Part shown: piece by piece, positions 1 through 8,348 of the stretch | Layout of the letters: each line of letters opens with the position of its first letter | How positions within the stretch are numbered: position 1 is the first letter of the stretch | NCBI GenBank assembly: GCA_040754455.1 | Contig: JBFMCP010000051.1 | Coordinates: 1-15,897 of the forward strand | Origin: Nitrospirota bacterium | GTDB taxonomy: Bacteria > Nitrospirota > Thermodesulfovibrionia > Thermodesulfovibrionales > Dissulfurispiraceae | Length of the DNA: 15,897 bases | Reading direction: 5' to 3' | Made by a program: the position numbers and the translations under genes | Notes under the pieces: model-generated | Databases searched by the model: none | The model's input: the letters and a program-made list of their open reading frames with translations, nothing else | Told to the model about the DNA's origin: nothing

Positions 1-1
1 C

Positions 2-2002
2 AAAAATGCACGGAAAAGGCTTTCGGAATGGCTGGGAGCGGAATACCATTTTATCGAGGTCAAGGAAAACTACCGCAGTCTTCCGGCGATTGTCGATTTC
101 GTGAACGCGCTCTTCGGCACCCTGATGCCCCGGGGGCTCTATGAGGACTGGAAGGTGGAGTATGTCCCGTTTGCATCAACGCGAAAGGGCGAGGGCAAGG
201 TCGAGCTCATCCTCTGCGAGAGTGCGGGAAGCATCAAGGAGAGCAGGAAGTCCGAGGCAGCAATATGTGCACAGAAGATCGCCTCGTTATGGAATACCTT
301 TGAAATCCATGACGGCCCGGCGATGCGGAAGTGCAGATTCGGAGATATGGCGATTCTCCTGCGCAACAGGACCTATCTCTCCACCTTTGAGGATGCCCTG
401 AGAAGGGAGGGCATTCCTTTTGTCGTGGTAAAAGGGATCGGGTTTTACCATACTCCCGAGATATGCATTCTGAGGGACCTGCTCTTCTTCCTCATCGACC
501 CCCTGAGTGACTGCAGTCTTTTCAACCTCCTCCGCTCGCCCCTCTTCTCACTGGACTACGATGCGCTGCTCGAAATCATAAAGGACACCCCGCCCGATGC
601 AATGTCTCCGGGCTACCTGCAGGAGTTGCTCGCATCGTACCGGAGTCTCCTCGAACCTGCACTCGCAGAGGCGATCAGGGCAGTGAATGCAACCTGCACC
701 GGCTGGCGTGAACGTGTTAAAGAAACCCCGTACGCGGTGCTCCTCGAAGAGATCCTTACCGAGACCGGCGCGTGGCGTTTTTTCCATGAGAAGCAGCGGT
801 ACGTGAACATAAAAAAATTCATCAAGATCGTCGAAAGTTTCGAGGCAAAGGGGCTTACCGGTCTTGAGATCAGGGAGCAGCTCATCAAGGCCTCGGCAAA
901 GGCCGATGAGGCAAAGGCGAATGTCAATACCGAGGGCATGGACGCGGTAAGAATCATGACGACGCACGCTTCAAAAGGGCTTCAGTTTCCCATGGTTTTT
1001 CTCCCCTGCCTCGACGAAGGGGCTCCTGCCAGATCAGGCAGCATTGTCATGGACGAAGAGGGTGAGCGGATTATCATGGGATACGAAGAGGATGCCGATA
1101 ACAGAAAAAAGGTTCCTCTTTTCCGGAAGTACAAGGAGAAGGCGGAGGATGAAGAGAAGCGGCTCTTCTATGTTGCCGCCACCAGGGCCATGGACTATCT
1201 CTGCATGACCGGGGTGGTCGGCAAGAAGCCTACCGGCAAGCTCGCCTCCCTCATCGATGCATTCCAGCTTACCCTTGACGGCACCCCTGACTGTACCGGT
1301 CTACCCTTTACGGTTGAACGGATAGGACCGAAAGCCGCGACCCGAAAGGAGCAAGGCCCCTTTGTTGCAAAGGGCAGCGCCCTGCGAGCCGGCACCACGC
1401 CGTCTGCACGGCAAGAAGTGGTATTCGTCGAGGATATCGGTAAGGAGTGCGCCCCCGCGAAACGATGGCGCGAAGTTACCGAAGAGGTCGATGAGATACG
1501 GAAAAAGCATGGCGACGACTGGGTCGTCTTAGGACGCGCATTCCATCGCGTTTTCGAGGAGATATCGAAAGGGAATATTACGCTTGAGCCGGCAGCGGCA
1601 CTGAAGGAGAGAGTCATGTCAATACTGATGGGCGAAGCGCTGACAGGCAGCACGGCAGAGCGCATGAGCGGGACCGTTCTCTCCGACCTGAAGAGACTTG
1701 AGGAGTCGGGCTACCTGCGGGAGATCATCCTGCCGAGGGATGATGCCTTTGCAGAACTTCCTTTTATCCTCGAACTGGGAAAGAGCATCTACAAGGGGAG
1801 GATCGACCGTGTTATTGTAAAAGGCGACGCCGTGTACGTTTATGACTATAAGACGTTTCCTGTTTCCGACGATGAATTGCCGGAACTCTCCGAACGGTAT
1901 GCTTTCCAGCTCGATATCTATACGAAGGCGGCTGAACGGATCTTTTCAAAGAGGGCAAAAGGCTATCTGTTCTTCACCCACAATCTTAAGCTTACAGCAT
2001 AG
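2..2002 (+). CDS. ATP-dependent helicase/nuclease, AddA/RecB-like (UvrD helicase C-terminal half + PD-(D/E)xK nuclease); 5' end lies outside the window
   Basis: The frame is open from base 2 (KNARKRLSEWLGAEYHFIEVKENYRSLPAIVDFVNALF), giving UvrD motif IV NYRS upstream of the ORF-track start at 101. Further motifs: DMAILLR, motif V IMTTHASKGLQF, motif VI EEKRLFYVAATRA, and C-terminal nuclease GRIDRV...VYDYKT...YAFQLDIY. Confidence 0.9.
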   Translation, partial: KNARKRLSEWLGAEYHFIEVKENYRSLPAIVDFVNALFGTLMPRGLYEDWKVEYVPFASTRKGEGKVELILCESAGSIKESRKSEAAICAQKIASLWNTFEIHDGPAMRKCRFGDMAILLRNRTYLSTFEDALRREGIPFVVVKGIGFYHTPEICILRDLLFFLIDPLSDCSLFNLLRSPLFSLDYDALLEIIKDTPPDAMSPGYLQELLASYRSLLEPALAEAIRAVNATCTGWRERVKETPYAVLLEEILTETGAWRFFHEKQRYVNIKKFIKIVESFEAKGLTGLEIREQLIKASAKADEAKANVNTEGMDAVRIMTTHASKGLQFPMVFLPCLDEGAPARSGSIVMDEEGERIIMGYEEDADNRKKVPLFRKYKEKAEDEEKRLFYVAATRAMDYLCMTGVVGKKPTGKLASLIDAFQLTLDGTPDCTGLPFTVERIGPKAATRKEQGPFVAKGSALRAGTTPSARQEVVFVEDIGKECAPAKRWREVTEEVDEIRKKHGDDWVVLGRAFHRVFEEISKGNITLEPAAALKERVMSILMGEALTGSTAERMSGTVLSDLKRLEESGYLREIILPRDDAFAELPFILELGKSIYKGRIDRVIVKGDAVYVYDYKTFPVSDDELPELSERYAFQLDIYTKAAERIFSKRAKGYLFFTHNLKLTA

Positions 2003-2142
2003 AGTGCGCCGTTTGCCGGGGTGGGATGGGAGCATGTATAATAGAGGACAAGGAAGCGTACAGTGTACATCTCAAGATTCCTGTATATGATAGTATCATC
2101 TGAAGGCACGCTGCGTATCCATCAATCGAAAAGGAGGACCCT

Positions 2143-2925
2143 ATGATCCCGACCTCACTGATCAGCTTTGCATTGCTCGTCTTTCTCGTCTTCTATTTTC
2201 TTTCCAGCGCCATAAAGATACTGAAGGAGTACGAGCGGGGCGTTGTCTTCAGGCTCGGAAGAGTCATCCCGGTAAAAGGACCCGGCCTTGTGATTATCTG
2301 GCCTATTATTGACAAGATGGTAAAGGTGAGCTTGAGGACGGTCACCATGGATGTGCCGCCGCAGGATATCATCACCAAGGACAACATCACGGTGAAAGTG
2401 AATGCCGTCATCTATTTCAGACCGCTCGATCCTGTCCGGGCGATTACGGAAGTGGAGGACTTTTATTATGCGACCTCACAGATTGCACAGACAACGCTGC
2501 GGAGCATCCTCGGCCAGAGTCAGCTCGACGACCTGCTCACCAAGAGGGATGAGCTCAATGCAGAGCTCCAGAAGGTCATCGACGATCAGACCGAGCCCTG
2601 GGGCGTCAAGGTGACTGCCGTGGAGGTGAAGAACGTCGATCTTCCCGGCGAGATGCTGCGTGCCATTGCGAAGCAGGCCGAGGCCGAGCGCGAGCGGAGG
2701 GCAAAGATCATCCATGCCGAGGGAGAGTTCCAGGCCTCCCAGAAGCTCGCCGACGCGGCAAAGATCATCGCATCGGAGCCGATCACGCTGCAGCTCAGGT
2801 TCCTCCAAACGCTTACTGAGATCGCAACAGAGAAAAATTCGACGATTGTCTTCCCTGTCCCCATAGACATCATGAAACCTTTTATGGAGCGGTTCGAGAA
2901 GACGGCGCCACCTCCGAAGAGCTGA
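2143..2925 (+). CDS. SPFH/band 7 (stomatin/slipin) family membrane protein
   Basis: N-terminal TM helix, then [62 protein letters not shown] and LQLRFLQTL. Shine-Dalgarno AAGGAGG at 2131-2137. Confidence 0.95.
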   Translation: MIPTSLISFALLVFLVFYFLSSAIKILKEYERGVVFRLGRVIPVKGPGLVIIWPIIDKMVKVSLRTVTMDVPPQDIITKDNITVKVNAVIYFRPLDPVRAITEVEDFYYATSQIAQTTLRSILGQSQLDDLLTKRDELNAELQKVIDDQTEPWGVKVTAVEVKNVDLPGEMLRAIAKQAEAERERRAKIIHAEGEFQASQKLADAAKIIASEPITLQLRFLQTLTEIATEKNSTIVFPVPIDIMKPFMERFEKTAPPPKS

Positions 2926-2955
2926 CTGCAGTGATCTTTGGTAATGAGAGCGTGA

Positions 2956-3696
2956 GTGAATACTGTCAGCAGCGGTAAAAAAAATAATATCTGGATAAAA
3001 TTTCTCCTCCTCATCCTTATTGTAGGCGGATTGACGGCCCTCTTCTACAAAACGGGGCTGATCCATTTTTTTCTGAACAAGGAGAAGTTGCTCCGCTTCC
3101 TTGATTCTCTGGGACCGCTCGCCTTTATCGGCTTTATTCTCCTGCAGATCGCCCAGGTTGTTGCCGCACCGATCCCGGGTGAAGTGACCGGCCTTCTCGG
3201 CGGCTTCCTTTACGGGCCTGTCCTCGGCGTCGCCTTGTCGACGGTCGGATTGACCATCGGATCGTATGTCGCTTTTGCACTCGCGAGGGCCTTCGGCAGG
3301 CCTTTTGTCGAGAAGTTCGTCGATACAACGACCATGAAGCGCTTCGATTACCTGCTGCACCACAAGGGCGCCTTTCTGGTCTTTCTGCTCTTCCTTATGC
3401 CGGGGTTCCCCAAGGACTATCTCTGCTATATCCTCGGGTTGGGGCATCTTTCGACAAGCGAGTTCCTGGTCATCGGCGGCACCGGAAGACTCTTCGGCAC
3501 CATCCTGCTCACCCTTGGAGGTACCTACATCAGAAACAGCCAGTACGGCCGCTTCTCGATCCTCGTCGGCGTTGCGTTGATCGTCGTCTTCATCGCCATG
3601 GCCTACCGTGATAAGCTTGAGCGATGGTTCAGACTATGGCATATTAGAGATTACAAAAGAAAAAAGGCACGACGATTGAATAAAAATAACCTATGA
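2956..3696 (+). CDS. TVP38/TMEM64 (DedA / SNARE-associated) family membrane protein
   Basis: APIPGEVTGLLGGFLYGP, GSYVAFALARAFGRPFV and FLMPGFPKDYLCYILGL are typical of the family. GTG start. The stop overlaps the next ATG (ATGA at 3693-3696). Confidence 0.9.
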   Translation: MNTVSSGKKNNIWIKFLLLILIVGGLTALFYKTGLIHFFLNKEKLLRFLDSLGPLAFIGFILLQIAQVVAAPIPGEVTGLLGGFLYGPVLGVALSTVGLTIGSYVAFALARAFGRPFVEKFVDTTTMKRFDYLLHHKGAFLVFLLFLMPGFPKDYLCYILGLGHLSTSEFLVIGGTGRLFGTILLTLGGTYIRNSQYGRFSILVGVALIVVFIAMAYRDKLERWFRLWHIRDYKRKKARRLNKNNL

Positions 3697-5237
3697 AATT
3701 TCTCCTTTCAGGTCTGCTGCTGTTGGTCCTGCCCTCAACGAGCTGGGCCTTCGTGCCCCATGGATATCCGGAAATTTATATCCACCAGATGGGACACCTC
3801 TTCTTCATCGTCTCCTGCTGCTTCGTCATCTGGACGATCTTCAGCAACCGGCTGCAGCGAGAGCGGGGATGGCGGTACCTGCTCTTTTCTCAGGTATTTT
3901 TTATTCTCTGGAATATTGATACGTTCATCGGACACATCACCGAGTTCTGGATCGAGCCCTTTCAGATGCTGGGCGGCAAGACCGGATGGGACTACTTCCG
4001 GAGGGACATCGTCCTCCAGGGCAGGGAATATCTCTACTATATCACCAAATTCGACCACCTCACCCTCGTGCCCGCGATGGTGCTCTTCTACCAGGGATTG
4101 AGAGAGCATCTGGCAGAGGAGGAGAGGGCGTCCGCACCTGCCATGGCAGTGCTGCCGCTCCTGCCGATTCTGCTCATTGACATCGCGGGTTCCCTCTCGA
4201 TGATCGCGCTTTCCTTCATGTGCCTCTGCGTCGCTGTTAAACTCTACCGGGCGAACAGGGAAAATACCCTCTGGAACTATGTGCTCTGGCTTTCGGCTAC
4301 CTATTGTGTTTTCGCCCTGTCGAGATCGCTGGGACATATCTTTCAGCGGGTGCTTATACCCATGGGGCACGAGGATATATGGGAACTCATCGAGCCCTAC
4401 AGCGGGAGCATCAATACCTTTACCTTTGTCCTTATCGGGTGCGTCAGCCTTTTCTTTTCCCGCGTATACGCCTTCTACAAGGAGCTCTACGAAAACAAGC
4501 GGAAGATCGAAGCGATCAATGCCGACCTTACCGAGCTGAACCAGGAGCTCGAGACCCTTGTCGCCGAAAGGACCATGAGTCTCATGGCCCTGACCGTCGC
4601 CGACAGGGTAAGGAATCCTGCGGCAGTGATAGGATGGACCTGCAAGCGGATCATGGAATCAGAGGGTCTTACGGGAAAGCTGGAGGAGAGCCTCAAGGAT
4701 GTCATTGACGAGACCGAGAAACTGGAGACGATCGTCAAGGACTTCGAAACCCTCCTGAAGAGCAAACAATCCCTGTTCAGGTATGAAGATATCAACGAGA
4801 TCGTCAGGGGGATCATTCCGATCGTCGAAAAAGAGACGGCTGAAAAGGGAGTGGCGCTGGTGCTCAAACTTTCGGACCGGCCGTTAAAGATCAACACACA
4901 GAAAAATCTTCTGAGGGCGGCGATCTTTCATATCATCAGAAACTCCATCGAGGCGACGCCGCGGGGCGGCACGATCACCATTTCGACCTCCGAAAACGAT
5001 GATAAAATCATGCTCTCCATCTCCGATACCGGTACGGGTATCGCGAAAGAGGATATGGACAAGATATTCGACCCCTTCTTCAGCACAAAGAAGTTCAGGT
5101 TCGGCATGGGGCTCCCGCTGGTGCGGCAGATCATCTCCGAACACCTCGGCACCATCAAGGTGGAGAGCGGAGAGGGGAAGGGGACGACCTTTACCATCAC
5201 GTTCCCTGTACGCTGGTTGGAGAAGAAGGTAATCTGA
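3693..5237 (+). CDS. Membrane sensor histidine-kinase-like protein (multi-TM sensor + DHp + HATPase_c) lacking the phospho-acceptor His
   Basis: Signal-peptide-like N-terminus, about 6 further TM segments and a coiled coil (ELNQELETLVAERT). The H-box position reads VADRVRNP. N box IRNSIEA, G1 DTGTGI, F box IFDPFFSTK, G2 FGMGL, G3 GKGTTF. Confidence 0.88.
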   Translation: MKFLLSGLLLLVLPSTSWAFVPHGYPEIYIHQMGHLFFIVSCCFVIWTIFSNRLQRERGWRYLLFSQVFFILWNIDTFIGHITEFWIEPFQMLGGKTGWDYFRRDIVLQGREYLYYITKFDHLTLVPAMVLFYQGLREHLAEEERASAPAMAVLPLLPILLIDIAGSLSMIALSFMCLCVAVKLYRANRENTLWNYVLWLSATYCVFALSRSLGHIFQRVLIPMGHEDIWELIEPYSGSINTFTFVLIGCVSLFFSRVYAFYKELYENKRKIEAINADLTELNQELETLVAERTMSLMALTVADRVRNPAAVIGWTCKRIMESEGLTGKLEESLKDVIDETEKLETIVKDFETLLKSKQSLFRYEDINEIVRGIIPIVEKETAEKGVALVLKLSDRPLKINTQKNLLRAAIFHIIRNSIEATPRGGTITISTSENDDKIMLSISDTGTGIAKEDMDKIFDPFFSTKKFRFGMGLPLVRQIISEHLGTIKVESGEGKGTTFTITFPVRWLEKKVI

Positions 5238-5364
5238 TCAGCCATCAGCTTTCAGCAATCAGCTAACTGTAAATAGCTATAGGCCATACAGCAACCATTT
5301 TCCTGAATTCTTTTTTTTGTAGAAGCCGTAAGCTGACGGCTGATGGCTGATTACTGATGGCGGC
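5238..5364. repeat. Inverted arrays of TCAGCNN heptamers between convergent genes
   Basis: Left arm TCAGCCA TCAGCTT TCAGCAA TCAGCTA (5238-5265). Right arm AAGCTGA CGGCTGA TGGCTGA TTACTGA (5330-5357), which is the same unit in reverse-complement orientation. Confidence 0.85.
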
Positions 5365-5367
5365 CTT

Positions 5368-6348
5368 TTACCATCTTATGAGCGCTGACGCCCAGGTGAG
5401 CCCGCCGCCGAAGGCCTCGAGCATGATGAAATCTCCCGTCCTGATCCTTCCTGTCCTCACGGCCTCGTCAAGGGCGATCGGAATCGATGCGGCGGAGGTG
5501 TTGCCGTAACGGTCGATATTCAGCATTACTCTGTCCATGGGAAGACCGAGCCGGTCGGCAGTTGCTTTGATGATCCGTAAATTGGCCTGATGGGGAATGA
5601 GCATCTGGAGCTGAGAGGGTTTCAGCTTATTGCTTTTTAGTGTATCGACGACAAGGCCCTCGAGGGTCCTCACCGCAACCTTGAAGGTCTCGTTGCCTTT
5701 CATTTTGATATAGTGGAGCCGGTCTTTGATGGATTCCCTGGTCGCAGGGGTCCTTGAGCCGCCCCCCGGCAGACTGATGAATTCCCAGAGGCTTCCGTCG
5801 GAATGGATGGTGGTCGAAAGTATCCCGCTCTCGCCGGTGGTCGCCTCGAGGACCGCTGCACCGGCCCCGTCGCCGAAGAGCACGCAGGTGGTCCGGTCTT
5901 CCCAATCGGTGAACCGTGACAGCGTCTCGGCACCGACAACGAGCACCCTCTTATACGTGCCGGTTTTGATGAAGCTCTCGGCAACGGAGAGGGCATAGAC
6001 AAATCCCGAGCACGCTGCGTTGATGTCAAAGGCAGCGGCCTTTTTCGCATCGAGCCGGTGCTGAAGGAAGCAGGCGGTGGAGGGGATGGCCATGTCACCC
6101 GAGATCGTCGCGACAACGATGAGGTCCAGGTCTTTCGGTTTAATGTCAACCTGCTTGAGGGCCCTTTTCGAAGCCTCATAGGCGAGGTCGGAGGTCGCCT
6201 CGTCTTTTGCTGCGATCCTGCGCTCCTTGATGCCGGTACGCTCGGTGATCCACTCATCAGAGGTATCGACCATCTTTTCGAGGTCGGCGTTCGTCAGTAC
6301 CCGTTCGGGGACGTAGGAGCCGGTTGCAATGATTCGGGCCTTTAGCAT
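5368..6348 (-). CDS. fabH: 3-oxoacyl-ACP synthase III
   Basis: DTSDEWITERTGIKERR; catalytic Cys in AACSGF, His in PHQAN and Asn in YGNTSAAS; C-terminal AFGGGLTW. Located directly after plsX. Confidence 0.97.
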   Translation of the reverse strand: MLKARIIATGSYVPERVLTNADLEKMVDTSDEWITERTGIKERRIAAKDEATSDLAYEASKRALKQVDIKPKDLDLIVVATISGDMAIPSTACFLQHRLDAKKAAAFDINAACSGFVYALSVAESFIKTGTYKRVLVVGAETLSRFTDWEDRTTCVLFGDGAGAAVLEATTGESGILSTTIHSDGSLWEFISLPGGGSRTPATRESIKDRLHYIKMKGNETFKVAVRTLEGLVVDTLKSNKLKPSQLQMLIPHQANLRIIKATADRLGLPMDRVMLNIDRYGNTSAASIPIALDEAVRTGRIRTGDFIMLEAFGGGLTWASALIRW

Positions 6349-6389
6349 ACGGGATATTTCCTTGTTATCACGTTGATGTACGGTCTACA

Positions 6390-6419
6390 ATAATACCGGT
6401 ACTGCCCCCCTTTCTTCAA
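6390..6419 (-). promoter_or_regulatory. Possible internal sigma70 promoter for fabH
   Basis: The minus strand reads TTGAAG-18 nt-TATTAT within the plsX-fabH spacer. Confidence 0.3.
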
Positions 6420-6432
6420 GAGGAGATGGGAT

Positions 6433-7437
6433 TCAGGAGCCCTGTGCGGCGAATCCGGTGAGCGTCCGTGAGATCACTTCATGGACTCTCTTTTTCGACA
6501 TCTCGGCAGCGACTTTGATCGCGTTCTTGATCGCCTTGGCGGATGAGCGGCCGTGGCTTATAATAAACGTTCCGTTGATGCCGAGAAGCGGTGCGCCGCC
6601 GTACTCTGAGTAGTCGGTCCTTTTCTTAAAGTTTCTGATCGCGGGCTTGATCATCAGGTAGCCGAGCTTGCCTGTTGCTACGTCGACAATCTCCCGCTTC
6701 AGCATCTTGATGATGGTCTCGGCGAGGCCTTCGCTCACCTTGAGCACGATATTGCCGATGAAGCCGTCGCAGACGATAACATCCGCGGCACCGGTGAAGA
6801 TATCCTTGCCCTCGATGTTGCCGATGAAGTTGATATCGGCGTTTTTCAGGTATTTGAAGGCCTCTTTCGTCAGTTCATTGCCCTTGGTATCCTCTTCTCC
6901 GATGCTGAGGAGGGAGATGCGGGGATTCGGCTCGTTGAAGATCGCTTTGAAGTAGGCGTTCCCCATATGGGCGAACTGGAGGAGGTTTTCGGGCTTGCAA
7001 TCGACGTTTGCGCCGGCATCAAGCAGCACGAAAAAGCCCGAATAGGAGGGCATGATGGTGGCGATAGCGGGACGGTCGACATTCGGAAGCTTCCCGAGGA
7101 GGAAGAGGGATGTTGCCATCGCAACTCCCGAATGGCCTGCACTCACCGCTGCATCTGCCTGCCGGTTTTTTACGAGCTCGACGGCCCTCCGGATAGAGGA
7201 GTCCTTTTTTTTCCTGATGGCAACAGAGGGCGACTCATGCATCTCGACGACTTCGGAGGCATGGAACACCGATATCTTGTTGGCAGGATAGCGCTTGTCC
7301 TCCAGCGTCTCGCTGATCTTCTGCCGATCGCCGACAAGGACGACCTCGATATCGTATTCGCTGACTGCCTCGATCGCCCCTGCTATCGTCATTTCAGGAG
7401 CGAAGTCACCCCCCATTGCATCGAGGGCGACCTTCAT
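6433..7437 (-). CDS. plsX: Phosphate acyltransferase PlsX
   Basis: VALDAMGGDFAP, AVSAGHSG, DRPAIA, LDAGANVD, IGEEDTKGN, VCDGFIGNIVLKVSEG, YGGAPLLG and SHGRS. Canonical position after rpmF. Confidence 0.97.
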   Translation of the reverse strand: MKVALDAMGGDFAPEMTIAGAIEAVSEYDIEVVLVGDRQKISETLEDKRYPANKISVFHASEVVEMHESPSVAIRKKKDSSIRRAVELVKNRQADAAVSAGHSGVAMATSLFLLGKLPNVDRPAIATIMPSYSGFFVLLDAGANVDCKPENLLQFAHMGNAYFKAIFNEPNPRISLLSIGEEDTKGNELTKEAFKYLKNADINFIGNIEGKDIFTGAADVIVCDGFIGNIVLKVSEGLAETIIKMLKREIVDVATGKLGYLMIKPAIRNFKKRTDYSEYGGAPLLGINGTFIISHGRSSAKAIKNAIKVAAEMSKKRVHEVISRTLTGFAAQGS

Positions 7438-7622
7438 GATTCTTTAGCAACGACCTCGAGGATCTTTTTGCCGTTGTACGAGCCGCAATGGCTGCATACC
7501 CGGTGCGGCTGCTTCAGTTCCTTGCAGTCGGGGCATGCAACAAGCGTAGGGTTCTGTCCCTTCCAGTTCGCTCTTCTCTTGTCTCTTCTCGACCTTGTAT
7601 GCCGATGTGTAGGATTTGCCAT
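7434..7622 (-). CDS. rpmF: 50S ribosomal protein L32, zinc-ribbon (C+) type
   Basis: MANPTHRHTRSRRDKRR...CPDC...PHRVCSHCGSYNGK. Lies between yceD and plsX, with its stop overlapping the plsX start. Confidence 0.96.
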   Translation of the reverse strand: MANPTHRHTRSRRDKRRANWKGQNPTLVACPDCKELKQPHRVCSHCGSYNGKKILEVVAKES

Positions 7623-7625
7623 GGT

Positions 7626-8135
7626 TCACTCCTTCTTTTTTAGTAGTTGCTCAAGCACTTTCAAACGAGGATCTATCTCCTTTGTCTCACAGGTGCATCC
7701 CGAGACATTCAAATCAGTACCGCACCGGGGACATATCCCCTTGCATTCCGGATCACAGAGCGGCTTCATGGGGATGTTCAGCAGCAACTGTTCGAGCAGC
7801 AGCTCGTCCGTATCGAGCTCATCCTGCCGGTAAAAGCCCGTATCGAGCTCGTCGCTCGCGAGTTTGTAGTTTTCCTCCCTGCTGATCATCTCGGCAGGGT
7901 CGTAGACGACATTCAACGGCGACTGGATATGCATGGTAAAGCTCTTCAGACACCGGCTGCACTGGAGCTCGATGTCGGCATCGACTGTCCCTTTTACCAG
8001 GACTTCGGAACCGACCTTATCGATCCGCAGCGAGGCATGGACCGGTGAAAGAATCTTTACTGATTCGGTCCTGAGGTGCTCATCAAGCTCGAGATCTATT
8101 CCCTCCTCGGGGATTTCTGAAACAATGATTTTCAT
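7626..8135 (-). CDS. yceD: DUF177/YceD family protein (23S rRNA accumulation)
   Basis: CSRCL, IPMKPLCDPECKGICPRCG and IDPRL motifs. Conserved position directly upstream of rpmF. Confidence 0.92.
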   Translation of the reverse strand: MKIIVSEIPEEGIDLELDEHLRTESVKILSPVHASLRIDKVGSEVLVKGTVDADIELQCSRCLKSFTMHIQSPLNVVYDPAEMISREENYKLASDELDTGFYRQDELDTDELLLEQLLLNIPMKPLCDPECKGICPRCGTDLNVSGCTCETKEIDPRLKVLEQLLKKKE

Positions 8136-8176
8136 AGTGTTAATATTATAATATACAGATTTACGTCAAGTCTTTA

Positions 8177-8205
8177 ATTTTAACGACCAAACCGCTTTTT
8201 GTCAA
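8177..8205 (-). promoter_or_regulatory. sigma70 promoter for yceD-rpmF-plsX-fabH
   Basis: Minus strand TTGACA (8205-8200), 17 nt spacer, TAAAAT (8182-8177). Confidence 0.75.
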
Positions 8206-8242
8206 GAAATCAACGGCTCGGGCACCGCCGCCGGTACAAAGC

Positions 8243-8271
8243 TTGACAATTCTGGCCTTAATCTCTAAAAT
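8243..8271 (+). promoter_or_regulatory. sigma70 promoter for the multiheme cytochrome genes
   Basis: TTGACA (8243-8248), 17 nt spacer, TAAAAT (8266-8271). Confidence 0.75.
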
Positions 8272-8348
8272 TTCAGCACAGTCCGAATATTACCTTATCA
8301 CAGAGTACCTGTCTGCGGGAGGAATACATGTCAGTAGGAGGTGGAGGG

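Noticed and set aside
101..103. ORF-track start of the helicase gene
   Set aside because: The frame is open to the window edge and helicase motif IV (NYRS) lies upstream, so this GTG is an internal Val.
1790..1930. PD-(D/E)xK nuclease motifs as a Cas4 or defence nuclease
   Set aside because: They are fused to UvrD helicase motifs as in AddA/RecB, lack the Cas4 Cys cluster, and there are no cas genes or array.
1842..2090. 82-aa ORF spanning the helicase 3' end
   Set aside because: It overlaps the helicase out of frame and runs through the promoter-like intergenic region, with no SD or motif.
5238..5364. Heptamer arrays (also 11933-12061) as CRISPR repeats
   Set aside because: The units are 7 nt, tandem and inverted, with no unique spacers.
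8272..8348. c-di-GMP or other riboswitch upstream of the cytochromes (also checked 9909-10048)
   Set aside because: No GEMM-like conserved elements or terminator hairpin were recognisable by eye. An Rfam cmscan would be decisive.
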